The notes under the pieces were generated by a model, which was not told the DNA's origin, did not search any database, and worked only from the letters and a program-made list of their open reading frames with translations. A stretch of DNA of 46,275 bases, taken from IMG/VR virus record IMGVR_UViG_3300010398_000005, positions 1 to 46,275 of that record, one strand, 5' to 3'. How positions within the stretch are numbered: position 1 is the stretch's first letter; each line of letters begins with the position of its first letter. Below, piece after piece: positions 26,100 through 35,610 of this stretch. Source of the DNA: a virus. Lineage: Duplodnaviria; Caudoviricetes. The translations under genes were made by a program, and so were the position numbers.

Positions 26100-26299
26100 C
26101 GGTGGCCGCGAGCACGGCCATGGCGGCGCCCGGCACTGCGGTGTCGGCCCCTCTTGTATCCCTTACGAACGGCGCTGTTGCTGATGGCAGCGGCGCTCGA
26201 CTGCGAGTGCTCCTCGCGCATCAGCGCTTCGTACGTCGCCGGGTTCTTGATCGAGGGGCCATGGTCCGCTCCACCGGGCGGGGTCCCCGTGTACGGCAT
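26096..26299 (-). CDS. Small protein with basic tail (67 aa)
   Basis: Coupled ORF. Confidence 0.55.
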   Translation of the reverse strand: MPYTGTPPGGADHGPSIKNPATYEALMREEHSQSSAAAISNSAVRKGYKRGRHRSAGRRHGRARGHR

Positions 26300-26436
26300 C
26301 AGGCGATCGTGATGATGGGCGGGGGCGCCGGCTGAGGACCGGGAGGAGGGGCCTTCACCGTATGGTCCTTGGAGGCGACAGGGCGCGGCCAGTGCCGGTC
26401 ATGGCGAAGCGGTACAGAGGGAAGGCGCACCGGCAC
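26299..26436 (-). CDS. Pro-rich micro-protein (45 aa)
   Basis: GGAGG RBS, TGATG coupling. Confidence 0.4.
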   Translation of the reverse strand: MPVRLPSVPLRHDRHWPRPVASKDHTVKAPPPGPQPAPPPIITIA

Positions 26437-26439
26437 GCC

Positions 26440-26907
26440 CTACTCCTCCCAATCGATCCAGCAGCGAGGAGTCGTGGCCAGAGCGCCGCCGGAGGTGTTC
26501 TGCACAGCCAGGCCGTTGGCCGGCTGGATCATCAGCACCCCGTCGCGCTCGTCGTTCCAGATCCAGACGATACCCGACTGCACCGCCGCGGCGATGTCGA
26601 TCGCGCCCATGTTCAGGGCAGCGAACGTGGGCTGAACCGTCCAGCCGTTGTCCACGACCAGGGTCGGGTTGACGTCAGTGGTGTTGTACCCGTTGGCCAC
26701 GGCGGTGGGGGTCACGGTCGCGTTCTGCGTACCCCGGGCCGTGGTCCGGATCAGCGTCGAGCCGACCAGCGCGGTCGCGTTCGAGATGTTGAAGAACGCC
26801 AGCTCGCGCACGCGGATGACCCGCGTCGCCGTCCACAAGTCGAAGTAGGCCGCGTTGTTGGCCGGGCCGCCGGCGGTTCCGCTGAAACCGAGGCGGTAGC
26901 GTGCCAT
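26440..26907 (-). CDS. Putative virion protein (155 aa)
   Basis: Beta-rich, A/G/T/N-rich; in the tail region. Confidence 0.65.
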   Translation of the reverse strand: MARYRLGFSGTAGGPANNAAYFDLWTATRVIRVRELAFFNISNATALVGSTLIRTTARGTQNATVTPTAVANGYNTTDVNPTLVVDNGWTVQPTFAALNMGAIDIAAAVQSGIVWIWNDERDGVLMIQPANGLAVQNTSGGALATTPRCWIDWEE

Positions 26908-27434
26908 CAGGTGTTCGCCAGCTCTACGAAGACGCGGGCTGAGCCGCCGGTGAAGGCGACCGCCGCCTTGATCTCCAAGCCCACCACGCACCACTCCCAC
27001 TGCAGGTCGGGGATGTCGGAGGGGGCGAAGAAGAAGACGCCCGGCCCCAGGTTGGCCGTGTTGGGGCCGAGGTTGGCCGCGGCGCCGCGAGCCTGGCAGG
27101 CGTTGAGACCGGTGGTCGGGAACTGACTGACGCCGCCCGAGCCCCCGGCGAAAGCCCCGCTCGCGCCCGTGCCGGCGACGTTGGGCTGGGGGTCCGCGCC
27201 GGCGGTCGAGAAGATCGAGCGGGCGACGAACAACTGCGCGGTGGCCTGCCCGGCGACGGCCGACGTGAGCGCGGTGTCCACCACGACCGCGATAGTCTTG
27301 ATCCGGAGCGGCATGACCGCGAGCCCGAAGTCCAGGAACTGCGCCGCGAAGCTGACCGGCGCAGGCAGCGGGATCTCATTCTGCGGGGTGCCGTACCAGG
27401 GGTCGAGATCGACCGTGTAACCGGGGGTGGCCAT
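26907..27434 (-). CDS. Putative virion protein (175 aa)
   Basis: A/G-rich, coupled. Confidence 0.65.
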   Translation of the reverse strand: MATPGYTVDLDPWYGTPQNEIPLPAPVSFAAQFLDFGLAVMPLRIKTIAVVVDTALTSAVAGQATAQLFVARSIFSTAGADPQPNVAGTGASGAFAGGSGGVSQFPTTGLNACQARGAAANLGPNTANLGPGVFFFAPSDIPDLQWEWCVVGLEIKAAVAFTGGSARVFVELANT

Positions 27435-27469
27435 GAGCTGGCCGCGCTGCTGGCTCGGGGGCGGCACCG

Positions 27470-27706
27470 CTACGCTCCGGTCGCGACCCAGGCCCCGGCC
27501 CGGTGCTGGTAGAGCGTGGTCCCGGCGCCGCCGTCGCGCCGCTGCGCGAAGTCGCCGTCGTTACCCACCGAGTTCGCCGGCGGCCCACCGATGCTCGGGT
27601 AGGTGGCCAGGCCGCCCGGCCCGCCGGCGAGGAGCCCGAAGCGGTAGTTGAAGCGCGAGTCGTCGGTGGTGTTGCCGGCGACGAGCGGATTGACCTGGCT
27701 GGCCAT
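27470..27706 (-). CDS. Small virion/fibre-like protein (78 aa)
   Basis: G.DGDFA.R......LYQ...GAW fibre-type motif; leaderless CATAAT. Confidence 0.65.
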   Translation of the reverse strand: MASQVNPLVAGNTTDDSRFNYRFGLLAGGPGGLATYPSIGGPPANSVGNDGDFAQRRDGGAGTTLYQHRAGAWVATGA

Positions 27707-27713
27707 GGGCGAA

Positions 27714-28211
27714 TTATGGCTGAAGCGCGAGCACGATGGTGAACCCCAGGTCGCTCCCGTTCGAGGTCCCGTTGGTCCCGGTCAGGGCCAGGTGGTGCTT
27801 GTGGACGCCCGTGGCGACGGGAGACTGCGCGCCCGGGATGTTGAGCTGGGACGCGGCGAACACCGCCCACTTCTGCGGGAAGGGGGTGTGGACGTTGGCC
27901 AAGTTGACGAAGTACGTGTTGCTGTCCACGACCACCCCATCGAGCACAAGCTGGCCGGTGATCGCGCTGTTGGCAACCGAGACGAAGGCGGACGTGTTCC
28001 AGCCGACCACCAGCACCCCGCCGGGGTGCGTGAAGCTCTGGTCAGCGCTCGGCCACACTCCGGTGTGGGTGAAGATCCCGAGCAGGAAGACCCGGCCGGT
28101 GGCCGCCGGCGGCAGCGCCAGGACTCCAGGCAGCGGCGATGGGAAGACCTGCGGCGGCTGAGTCGAGCGCGGGAGCGGGGGCGGGGGCAGTCGCTGCGGA
28201 TCGATGCTCAC
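27714..28211 (-). CDS. Putative tail protein (165 aa)
   Basis: GTGA overlap with the upstream gene. Confidence 0.6.
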   Translation of the reverse strand: MSIDPQRLPPPPLPRSTQPPQVFPSPLPGVLALPPAATGRVFLLGIFTHTGVWPSADQSFTHPGGVLVVGWNTSAFVSVANSAITGQLVLDGVVVDSNTYFVNLANVHTPFPQKWAVFAASQLNIPGAQSPVATGVHKHHLALTGTNGTSNGSDLGFTIVLALQP

Positions 28212-30445
28212 AGGATGTCCTCGCGCAGCTTGACCGCCGCCACGTACTTGAGCGTGGCCCGCTGGTCTGCGCGGAAGGGCGTGCCGAACGGCTTCGGCGT
28301 GTCGAAGTGCTCGTCCTGGATCAGCCAGGGGCCACTGTCGCCGTTGGGGAACGTGGCCAGGCACTCGCCTCCGCGCTTGCGCCACAGCATGCGCAGGAAG
28401 TTGTACGCCGCGGTGCTGTCGATGCCCTGGTAGGTCCAGATGTCCTGCACGTTCTTGCCGTTGCTCTGCGACTGCGGCGCGAGGTCGAGCAGCAGCGTCT
28501 GCACCCAGCCGGTGGCGATCTGGATGGCCACCGACTTCGGCTTCGGAGCGTCCAGAATCGACCCGCCCTGGATCACGACGGCGCCGTAGGTGGTGAGCCG
28601 GTACACGGCCTTGGTCGCCAGCGTGTCAATGGGCAGCGCCAGCCGCTTCCCGCCGGGCGTGACCTGCATGGTGACGCCGTTGATGACCTGCTTGCCAGTG
28701 CCGTCCAGGAAGGCGCTGAAGTCCGGCGTGGCTGCCAGCGTATCGGGGTCCTGGTCGAGCCACACATCGAGCTGGACTGCGCACGACGGATGGTTGTACA
28801 TCGCCGTGAGCAGCTTCACCACGCCCTGCCTGTACAGCTTGGCCTGGTCCGACGTGAAGTCGATGATCGAGCTGATGATCTGCAGCGGGCCACGGGCCTT
28901 GGGACCGAACTTGCCAATCTGCGTGACGCCGAACATCAGCTCCTGCGCCATGGGCAGACTGGTGAAGTCGCCCCCGATCGGGATGGTGTTGATGCTCAGC
29001 GGGAGGACGACGCCGAGGTCCACGACAGAGAGCTGGCCCTGGAACGTCCGCTGCGCACCGTGGTACACCGCCAGCCTGACCACGCTTCCAGTCGGGTCGC
29101 TGCCGATCGGGTTCGGCTCCACGGTGGGCAGCGTAGCGAAGTGGAACAGCTTGCCCTTCTCGACGTCGTACGCGTACAACACCCGGAACACGTTGCCGCC
29201 GAAGTCGTTGACCGCGTCCTGTGCATAGAAGCCGAAGATGGCGTAGGGCGGCGCCGAGGCAGGCAGGCTCAGCAGCTCGCCCGGGTACAACCCGGTGGGC
29301 GGGGTCAGCGGTCCGATGTCCTGCAGCGTGCCGCCCTGCAACAGGAACAGCGAGATCGAGAGCTGACCGCCCCCGTCCTCCGACGAGCACGTGATGAACA
29401 GGGTGCCGCTGATATCCACCACGCGGACCGCGAAGTAGCCCGTGAGCTTGGCCAGCGTCGTCCACGTGGCGCCCACGATGGAATATTGGAGCAGGTAGTG
29501 CTCCGGTCCGTACTTCGCCACGACGATGAGGTTCGAGCCGCTGAACAGAACCTGGCGGATGTCGCCGTGGTTGTCGAGCTGCAGCGGTGTGACAGCGGTA
29601 TTGCTGAACGTGTCGGCAGTGAAGTTGGTGACGTCGTACAGGCGCACGGTGGCGGTGCTGTTGGTGTCGTCGCCGGCGACCGCGACGTAGGTCCGGTTGC
29701 CCACCACTGTCACCGCCAAGTTGCCGGTGCGAGTGAAGGTGAACCCGGCCGGGAACGTGTCGAGGTTGGTGAGCGTGCCGAAGTCGAAGTGCCAGAGCGC
29801 CGACTGTGAGGCCAGCCAGGTCGTTCCGCCGCCCGTGACCATATCGTTCGGCGCCCCCATCGCGCTGATGTCAGTCGAGCTGCGATTGTTGTTGCTGTAC
29901 GTGACCAGGAAGAACTTGCTCTGCGTGATGTCCTGGTACGCAAACATGAAGCCCTCGCCGAAGCGCTCCTCCGTCATGCCGAGCGCGAAGCTGACCGAGT
30001 CCGTGGGGTTGGGCTTGGACTCGACCACCGGCGGCGGCACCAGCGGCTGCTGGGGCACGTAGTCGGTGAGCGGGTACAGCAGGCCGAGGCCGTCCCAATA
30101 CCGAGTCGGGTCGCTGGCCGCCTGAAACGAGGTCAGCGGCGTGGAGCCGGTCAGGACCCGCTGCAGGCCGCCGCCCGACCAGTCGCCCTGACTGATCTGC
30201 GGCCACTGATCCAGCTCGCGGTCGGTCAGGCTGGGGCTCGCGAGCTGGGTCACCTGGTCCTTGTGCTGCAGCTCGGTCTCCTCGTGCTGCTGCTGCTGGC
30301 GGTCGATCGTGGTCATGTACGCGACGCCGGCAATCTGCAGCGGCTGCCGGTCGGCGTTCAGGACCGTGAGCGCCTGGCCGTCCCGCGTCTGCAGCAGCAG
30401 GTCGTAGATCGGACCGACCTCCTGGGGCTGGGGGTTTGCTCCCAT
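28208..30445 (-). CDS. Tail nozzle/stabilisation-like beta-propeller protein (745 aa)
   Basis: DWSGG motif, beta-rich, size and position typical of podoviral nozzle proteins. Confidence 0.6.
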   Translation of the reverse strand: MGANPQPQEVGPIYDLLLQTRDGQALTVLNADRQPLQIAGVAYMTTIDRQQQQHEETELQHKDQVTQLASPSLTDRELDQWPQISQGDWSGGGLQRVLTGSTPLTSFQAASDPTRYWDGLGLLYPLTDYVPQQPLVPPPVVESKPNPTDSVSFALGMTEERFGEGFMFAYQDITQSKFFLVTYSNNNRSSTDISAMGAPNDMVTGGGTTWLASQSALWHFDFGTLTNLDTFPAGFTFTRTGNLAVTVVGNRTYVAVAGDDTNSTATVRLYDVTNFTADTFSNTAVTPLQLDNHGDIRQVLFSGSNLIVVAKYGPEHYLLQYSIVGATWTTLAKLTGYFAVRVVDISGTLFITCSSEDGGGQLSISLFLLQGGTLQDIGPLTPPTGLYPGELLSLPASAPPYAIFGFYAQDAVNDFGGNVFRVLYAYDVEKGKLFHFATLPTVEPNPIGSDPTGSVVRLAVYHGAQRTFQGQLSVVDLGVVLPLSINTIPIGGDFTSLPMAQELMFGVTQIGKFGPKARGPLQIISSIIDFTSDQAKLYRQGVVKLLTAMYNHPSCAVQLDVWLDQDPDTLAATPDFSAFLDGTGKQVINGVTMQVTPGGKRLALPIDTLATKAVYRLTTYGAVVIQGGSILDAPKPKSVAIQIATGWVQTLLLDLAPQSQSNGKNVQDIWTYQGIDSTAAYNFLRMLWRKRGGECLATFPNGDSGPWLIQDEHFDTPKPFGTPFRADQRATLKYVAAVKLREDIL

Positions 30446-31485
30446 CAGTCGATGTACCCCGAGCGCACGTTGCCGGCGTGAACAGTCACGACCCTGTCCC
30501 ACGACGGATCGGTGGCGGCGCGGCGCGAGGCGTGCGCAAGGATGTCGTCCATGCCGCGGTTGAGCATAGCGCGGGCCACGCGCGGCCCCTCCTGCATCTG
30601 CCAAGCGTGCTGTGAACAGGCGCCGATGGCGCCGGCCTCCAGCCGCAGCTCGATGTCCAGCATGGCGAACCGCCTCACCCACCGGGGCACGTCCTGCTCG
30701 CGCAGGATCTGCGCCATCTGGACCTCCTTCAGGGGCTTCGTCCAGGCCCAGGTCGAGATCCGGTCGGCCAGCTCGTGCGTCATCCCGTAGCCCTTGAAGT
30801 CCTCGGGTACGGCGTGCTCCCACGCCTCCTCCTCGGACAGGTGCGTGTTGCGCAGCCGGTGGCGCACGTAGCGGTCCAGATGAACGAAGGCGCCGCCGAA
30901 GATCCAGAACACGTGGCCGGTGTCGAAGACCACGTCCTCCAGGTCTTCAACGTCCTTGGCGTCGTCGGTGAACGTGACCAGCTCGCCCTCGATCGTGCGC
31001 AGCAGCTCCTGCTGGAGCGCGATGCCGCCCATCTCCAGCTCGGAGGAGACCTTGCTGGAGTCGGCGGGCTTGCGCGAGTTCTGCTTCGCGGCGCCGGCGC
31101 ACCACTTGTCGATCTCATCCAAGAAGATCACGCCGTAGTCGGTCTTCCAGCGCCGCCAGTGGTCGATCAGCACGTCCACGAAGACGCGGCCCCGGAAGCC
31201 CGGCGGCGCCAGGCTGGCTGCGCTGGGCATGGTCACCGGCAGCCCCGCCGCCGCGATGCACTGCTGGATGGCGTACGTCTTGCCCGAACCCGAGCGGCCG
31301 TACACGAGCAGGTTGGGGCGCCCGGCCTCGGGCTCGTGGAGAAAGGCGAGGTACTGGTAGAAGGTGCTCGCCAGCTTCAGCCGGAGGTCGTCCTGGCCGA
31401 CCAGGGTGTGGAGCGCGTCGAAGAACTCCTCGGGCCTGCGGAGAGCCGGCGGATCGGGCTCCTGGGCGGCCGGGGTCTGCGGCAT
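30445..31485 (-). CDS. ClpX/HslU-like AAA+ ATPase (start uncertain)
   Basis: VGQD, NLLVYGRSGSGKT, IFLDEIDK, QQELLRTIEG, IFGGAF. Confidence 0.85.
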   Translation of the reverse strand: MPQTPAAQEPDPPALRRPEEFFDALHTLVGQDDLRLKLASTFYQYLAFLHEPEAGRPNLLVYGRSGSGKTYAIQQCIAAAGLPVTMPSAASLAPPGFRGRVFVDVLIDHWRRWKTDYGVIFLDEIDKWCAGAAKQNSRKPADSSKVSSELEMGGIALQQELLRTIEGELVTFTDDAKDVEDLEDVVFDTGHVFWIFGGAFVHLDRYVRHRLRNTHLSEEEAWEHAVPEDFKGYGMTHELADRISTWAWTKPLKEVQMAQILREQDVPRWVRRFAMLDIELRLEAGAIGACSQHAWQMQEGPRVARAMLNRGMDDILAHASRRAATDPSWDRVVTVHAGNVRSGYID

Positions 31486-31540
31486 CCGGCCGTGGGGCCT
31501 TCCACGCCGTGTACTGGCCGATACAGCCGCCTCGCGGCCG

Positions 31541-31942
31541 TCAGCGCGAGGTCCGCGGGTAGGCATAGGAGCGCTCGGCCGCCGCCTGGTCGAGCCGGAA
31601 TCGCATCGCCGGGGTGACGCGGCCCATGACGCCGGCGGCGCGAGCGCGGGCCTCGAACGTCAGCGAGTCCACCAGGCCCCGGGCCTGGTCATCCTGCTGG
31701 CGCAGCGTGGCCGCCCGCTCCTGCACGGCGATGTCCTCGGCCGTGACGCGGGTCCGCTGCTGGAGCCGGCTCGGCCCCATGCCCTCGACCTTGACCGACT
31801 CGCGGATGCGCCCGCGCTGGTCCTGGCGCGCGATGAGCTGCTGGCTGGCCCGGGTGTAGTCCGCGCTCGGCTGGACGCCCTGCGCGGGCTCGGGCGGCAC
31901 CGCGACGTGGGTCACGCGGCCGGTCGGAGAGCGGTGCTTCAC
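31541..31942 (-). CDS. Hypothetical protein (133 aa)
   Basis: Coupled ORF. Confidence 0.6.
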   Translation of the reverse strand: MKHRSPTGRVTHVAVPPEPAQGVQPSADYTRASQQLIARQDQRGRIRESVKVEGMGPSRLQQRTRVTAEDIAVQERAATLRQQDDQARGLVDSLTFEARARAAGVMGRVTPAMRFRLDQAAAERSYAYPRTSR

Positions 31943-32067
31943 CGGACGCCCAGGCTGAAGCCGGCGCTGACGTTGCCACCGCAGTGCCCGGTGACCACGA
32001 TGAGCGCGATCACCAGCAGGGCGACGATCGAGACCGAGACGGCGGGTGGGAAGAACCGTGAGTACAT
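31939..32067 (-). CDS. Small membrane protein (42 aa)
   Basis: GGAGG RBS, single TM helix. Confidence 0.55.
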   Translation of the reverse strand: MYSRFFPPAVSVSIVALLVIALIVVTGHCGGNVSAGFSLGVR

Positions 32068-33413
32068 CAGGCTGCCTCCTGCCAGATCGAGCTGAGCCCC
32101 AGCCGCTCCACGATGCGATGCGCGACCATGCGCCGGGCCGGCTTGCCGATGCTCAGCTTCTTCAGCTCCTCGGCGAACATGGTCGAGAACCAGAACGTGG
32201 CCGTCTGGAGGTTGCCGCCCTTCTCCGAGCCCGCGTTCTCGCCGGTCAGCGCGGGCAGGTCGTCGCTGCGCGAGCGCATCACCTCGGCGTCCGCCAGGAG
32301 CCGACCCACCGCGTAGTACACAGGCAGGTTGGCCGGCGGCAACAGGATGCCGGTGCCGCCCATGCCGGGCACGTCGGCCAGGTTCTGGAAGGGCTGCACC
32401 GCGGTGATGCGCACCTGACCGCCGGTCGGCGGCGTGCGCTCGAAGATGAGCGTGGGCGAGACCGGGTCCTGCGCGAAGCGCCAGCCCGAGATACGCCGGA
32501 ACCTGATCCACGCCTGCGGCGGCCGGGTCTCGACCTGGGTGATGAGCGTCTTCGGGTCCGCGTACGGCACCGCCGGCAGCACGTACTCGTACTGCACGGG
32601 GCTCGGCAGCACGCTGACCAGGTCGAAGGGCTGGTACGACCAAATCTCCGGCCAGAGCATGCCCAGGCCCTCGTACAACGCCTCCAGTACCTGCTGATCG
32701 CTGTAGCGCGCGGTCTGGTACTGGATCTGGATGGAGCCCGAGACGGGCGGCAGCGGGAACCACAGCTCGCCGGTGTCGGTGCTGATGAGCACCGGCAGCA
32801 CGCCGTTGCCGGAGACGTTGAACGTGGTCGCGGGGGTGGCGCCGGCGGTCACCGCCATCGCCCCCAGGAACCCGCAGAAGACAGGGGCACCCGGGCTCGT
32901 GATGAGATACACGTTGACCGCGGTGACAGCGCTGGGCAACCCGCTCAGCGCACCGACGCGCGGCGAGAGCCCGGCGCCGAGCACGAGCTGATTCGAGGGG
33001 AAGGACATCCCCACCTCGCCGGCGGCCGTGACGTAGGTCAAGACCACCTGGTACGTGCCCCCCGGGTAGATGCCGGCGGCGCCGGCCGTGAGGATCGGCG
33101 TGGGCAGGATGCCCGAGGTCGGCGGCAGGGGGTCGAACAGCGGGACGTAGGTGGGAACCGCGGTGCCGCCGATCATCGGCTGGTTGGCCGGCAGTGGCTG
33201 GTTGGCGGCGCCGGGAGCGGTGAGCGCGATCACCGTGCGCAGCACCGGCGCCTGCTGGAGCTTGATCGGCGAGCTGGCGGCCGAGCCGTACCCGCCGCGC
33301 TGGCCGTCCGCACCCGGGGCTTCCTGGACGAACCGGCCCTGGTCCCGGAAGATGCGCCGGACCTCCTGGACGAAGAAGCTGTCCGGCTGCCCGTTCCCGA
33401 GCGCGAGCGTCAT
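32067..33413 (-). CDS. Head-tail adaptor-like virion protein with inserted Ig-like domain (448 aa)
   Basis: N- and C-terminal helices (VQEVRRIFRD; VYYAVGRLL) around a beta region; leaderless TACACT. Confidence 0.55.
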   Translation of the reverse strand: MTLALGNGQPDSFFVQEVRRIFRDQGRFVQEAPGADGQRGGYGSAASSPIKLQQAPVLRTVIALTAPGAANQPLPANQPMIGGTAVPTYVPLFDPLPPTSGILPTPILTAGAAGIYPGGTYQVVLTYVTAAGEVGMSFPSNQLVLGAGLSPRVGALSGLPSAVTAVNVYLITSPGAPVFCGFLGAMAVTAGATPATTFNVSGNGVLPVLISTDTGELWFPLPPVSGSIQIQYQTARYSDQQVLEALYEGLGMLWPEIWSYQPFDLVSVLPSPVQYEYVLPAVPYADPKTLITQVETRPPQAWIRFRRISGWRFAQDPVSPTLIFERTPPTGGQVRITAVQPFQNLADVPGMGGTGILLPPANLPVYYAVGRLLADAEVMRSRSDDLPALTGENAGSEKGGNLQTATFWFSTMFAEELKKLSIGKPARRMVAHRIVERLGLSSIWQEAA

Positions 33414-33506
33414 GGGAGCCAGTGTAGCGGGCCGACGACTCCTACTGGCGCCGCCAGCCCTGCCACACGTCGGGCGAGCCCCGGAATTCGATCGAGCCCA
33501 GAGTAC

Positions 33507-33567
33507 ACGAAGCCCCCGGGTGTCATCGAGGGGGCGTCCCTGCGATCCCCTCCCCGGGGGCTTCGTT
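33507..33567 (-). terminator. Long hairpin terminator after the capsid module
   Basis: ACGAAGCCCCCGGG...CCCGGGGGCTTCGT. Confidence 0.65.
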
Positions 33568-33595
33568 CGTCGCTCAGCTCCTCACGGAGCCGAAG

Positions 33596-33808
33596 CTAGC
33601 GCCGGCGGTGCTTGCGGCCGCGTCGTGCCACCTTCCGACCTCCTTTGCGGTGCTTACCGCGAGTTCGTGACCCTCGGCCCGGCGCTGCCGTCAGGTCCGG
33701 CGGGGCAGGCAGCGCCGGGGCCATCCCAGGCCCGGCTCCACTCCCCATCGCCGGCTGCATCTGCTGCATCGCCGCGGGGTTCATGGACGGGGGCATTGGC
33801 ATGGCCAT
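33596..33808 (-). CDS. Small protein with Arg/Lys-rich tail (70 aa)
   Basis: RGKHRKGGRKVARRGRKHRRR. Confidence 0.6.
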   Translation of the reverse strand: MAMPMPPSMNPAAMQQMQPAMGSGAGPGMAPALPAPPDLTAAPGRGSRTRGKHRKGGRKVARRGRKHRRR

Positions 33809-33809
33809 C

Positions 33810-33911
33810 CTAGTAGGCCGCGCCCCTCCGCGAGCTGCGCTTGCCCTTGGAAAGGCGGAACTTCTTGATCCTCACCTTGGGCAGCGCGGAGATCCGCCGG
33901 CCGCGGGCCAT
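33810..33911 (-). CDS. Highly basic micro-protein (33 aa)
   Basis: MARGRRISALPKVRIKKFRLSKGKRSSRRGAAY; fills the gap; identical TACTAGGATGGCC junctions on both sides. Confidence 0.6.
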   Translation of the reverse strand: MARGRRISALPKVRIKKFRLSKGKRSSRRGAAY

Positions 33912-33912
33912 C

Positions 33913-34161
33913 CTAGTACAGCCCCGCCTTCAGGTCCGTCTCCTGGTTGCCGACGTGCATCGGCTTCGAGGTCGGATCGTAGTGCGGCCCGAGCGAGCCC
34001 GGGGCGCTGGTGTGCGTCCCGTTGTCCGGCTGCGTGAACGTCGGCCGCGGCATCATCTGGTTGCCGTTGGCCAGCGTCCCGCGCCGGGACTCCTCGCCCA
34101 GGAACACCGAGCCCGGCTGCGGGCCACGGCTCCGCGGACGCTGCGTGGCGCCCTTCGCCAT
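33913..34161 (-). CDS. Hypothetical protein (82 aa)
   Basis: GGAGGTGA RBS. Confidence 0.65.
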   Translation of the reverse strand: MAKGATQRPRSRGPQPGSVFLGEESRRGTLANGNQMMPRPTFTQPDNGTHTSAPGSLGPHYDPTSKPMHVGNQETDLKAGLY

Positions 34162-34163
34162 CG

Positions 34164-34751
34164 CTATTCACCTCCCGGGTTGCCGGGGGCCTGGCGCAGG
34201 GCGGCCCACCAGTTGTCAGCTCCCAGGACCGCGCTCTGCGCGACCGCCTGACCGGAGCCCGTCTGCAGGTAGTTGTCCGGGGCGATCCAGTACAGGGTGC
34301 CGTTGGCCGGCGTGCCGTTCGACCAGCCGACCGCGGCAGCCGCGGACACGACCGTCACCGTGTTCGAGGCGATCTTAAACTTGGTGATCGCACCGGCGCC
34401 GTTGAGGGAGAACAGGGTGCGCGAGCCCCCGGTGACGAACGGCCCCCACTGGTTGGCGACCCACGTCTTGCCAGCGTCGGTCAGGGTGGCCGGCGGCCCG
34501 GCCGCGTAGACCGAGCCCGCGGCACCGGTGTCGGTGTCCACCGCGGCCCGGATGCCGGTGCGAATCGGGGTGCTCCACGGAGTCGCGATCCCGACCCCCG
34601 TGCGCTGCCCGAGCAGGTTCTCCATGAAGTCCATCGAGGGGGACGTGCCCGGGCGGATGCCGATGCCGAAGACGTTCGCGGCCGGGGTGTCGTACACCAC
34701 GTGGTCGCGGTAGTCCTGCTGCGTCGTGTTCTGCGCCGGTACGCCGCTCAT
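34164..34751 (-). CDS. Putative virion protein (195 aa)
   Basis: TLTDAGKTWVANQW motif typical of virion proteins; leaderless GATAAT. Confidence 0.65.
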   Translation of the reverse strand: MSGVPAQNTTQQDYRDHVVYDTPAANVFGIGIRPGTSPSMDFMENLLGQRTGVGIATPWSTPIRTGIRAAVDTDTGAAGSVYAAGPPATLTDAGKTWVANQWGPFVTGGSRTLFSLNGAGAITKFKIASNTVTVVSAAAAVGWSNGTPANGTLYWIAPDNYLQTGSGQAVAQSAVLGADNWWAALRQAPGNPGGE

Positions 34752-34758
34752 GGCCGCA

Positions 34759-34986
34759 TTATCCCAGGTACCCGGCCCGGCGGGAAGCACGGTGCTTCCC
34801 GCGGCCCGAGTCGCGGAGCTGGCCCGTCTTGCGCGAGCGCTGCGCCGCGCGGCTCTCGGTGTGCTGCCCACCCAGGTTCTGCGCTGCCTTCTGCGTCCCG
34901 CCGACAGAGATCCCGCCGAGCTGAACCGCCTGCCCCTTCCTGGCATTCAGGTGCGGGGACTGCATCGCGCCGATCTGAGCTGCCAT
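34759..34986 (-). CDS. Small basic protein (75 aa)
   Basis: GRGKHRASRR tail. Confidence 0.6.
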   Translation of the reverse strand: MAAQIGAMQSPHLNARKGQAVQLGGISVGGTQKAAQNLGGQHTESRAAQRSRKTGQLRDSGRGKHRASRRAGYLG

Positions 34987-34995
34987 GGCCGAAGC

Positions 34996-35607
34996 CTACA
35001 CCCACTCCAGGGTGACCGCGAGCGAGTTGCCCTGGTTGGTCAGAGCGCCCGTGGTCGTGAGGGTGGCGATGATGACATCTCCCGCGTAGAGGTTCATCCA
35101 GCTCGCCACGATCGTGCCGTCCGACCGAGCCGCGGCCCGGTCGGTGCCCGCGAACGAGGCGAAGGTCAGGATGTTCCAGAACGCGGTGTTGCCGGTCGCG
35201 AGCGTGAACGCCGGCACGATGTTGGTCTTGACCTGGTTGCCGGCGCCCGCCGTCTCCGACGCCGACACGACGTCGAGCGTGATGGTGGAGCCTGCCGCCG
35301 GCTGGTACAGACCGCCGGCGCTGGTGCGAGCGAAGATCCAGGCCCGCGTGAGGGTGCCCATCGGCGAGCTGGACGCGCCGATCGTGCGCGTACCGCTGGC
35401 CGCCGCCAGGGGGGTCGGATACGGGTCGTACTCGCCCGCCCCCTGGAGGTTGGTGCTGGGCGGGAGGAGCAGGACTTCCTGGATGATCGAGCCCGCGCCC
35501 GCCAGCACGAAGTCGCCGAAATCGGCGACGTCGTTCTTGAAGTCCCAGGAGCCGTTGACCCCGGGAGGAGACCCCTGGGCCTCCTCCCACTTGAACTTGG
35601 CGGCCAT
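34996..35607 (-). CDS. Putative capsid decoration protein (203 aa)
   Basis: Directly after MCP, beta-rich. Confidence 0.6.
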   Translation of the reverse strand: MAAKFKWEEAQGSPPGVNGSWDFKNDVADFGDFVLAGAGSIIQEVLLLPPSTNLQGAGEYDPYPTPLAAASGTRTIGASSSPMGTLTRAWIFARTSAGGLYQPAAGSTITLDVVSASETAGAGNQVKTNIVPAFTLATGNTAFWNILTFASFAGTDRAAARSDGTIVASWMNLYAGDVIIATLTTTGALTNQGNSLAVTLEWV

Positions 35608-35610
35608 CGG

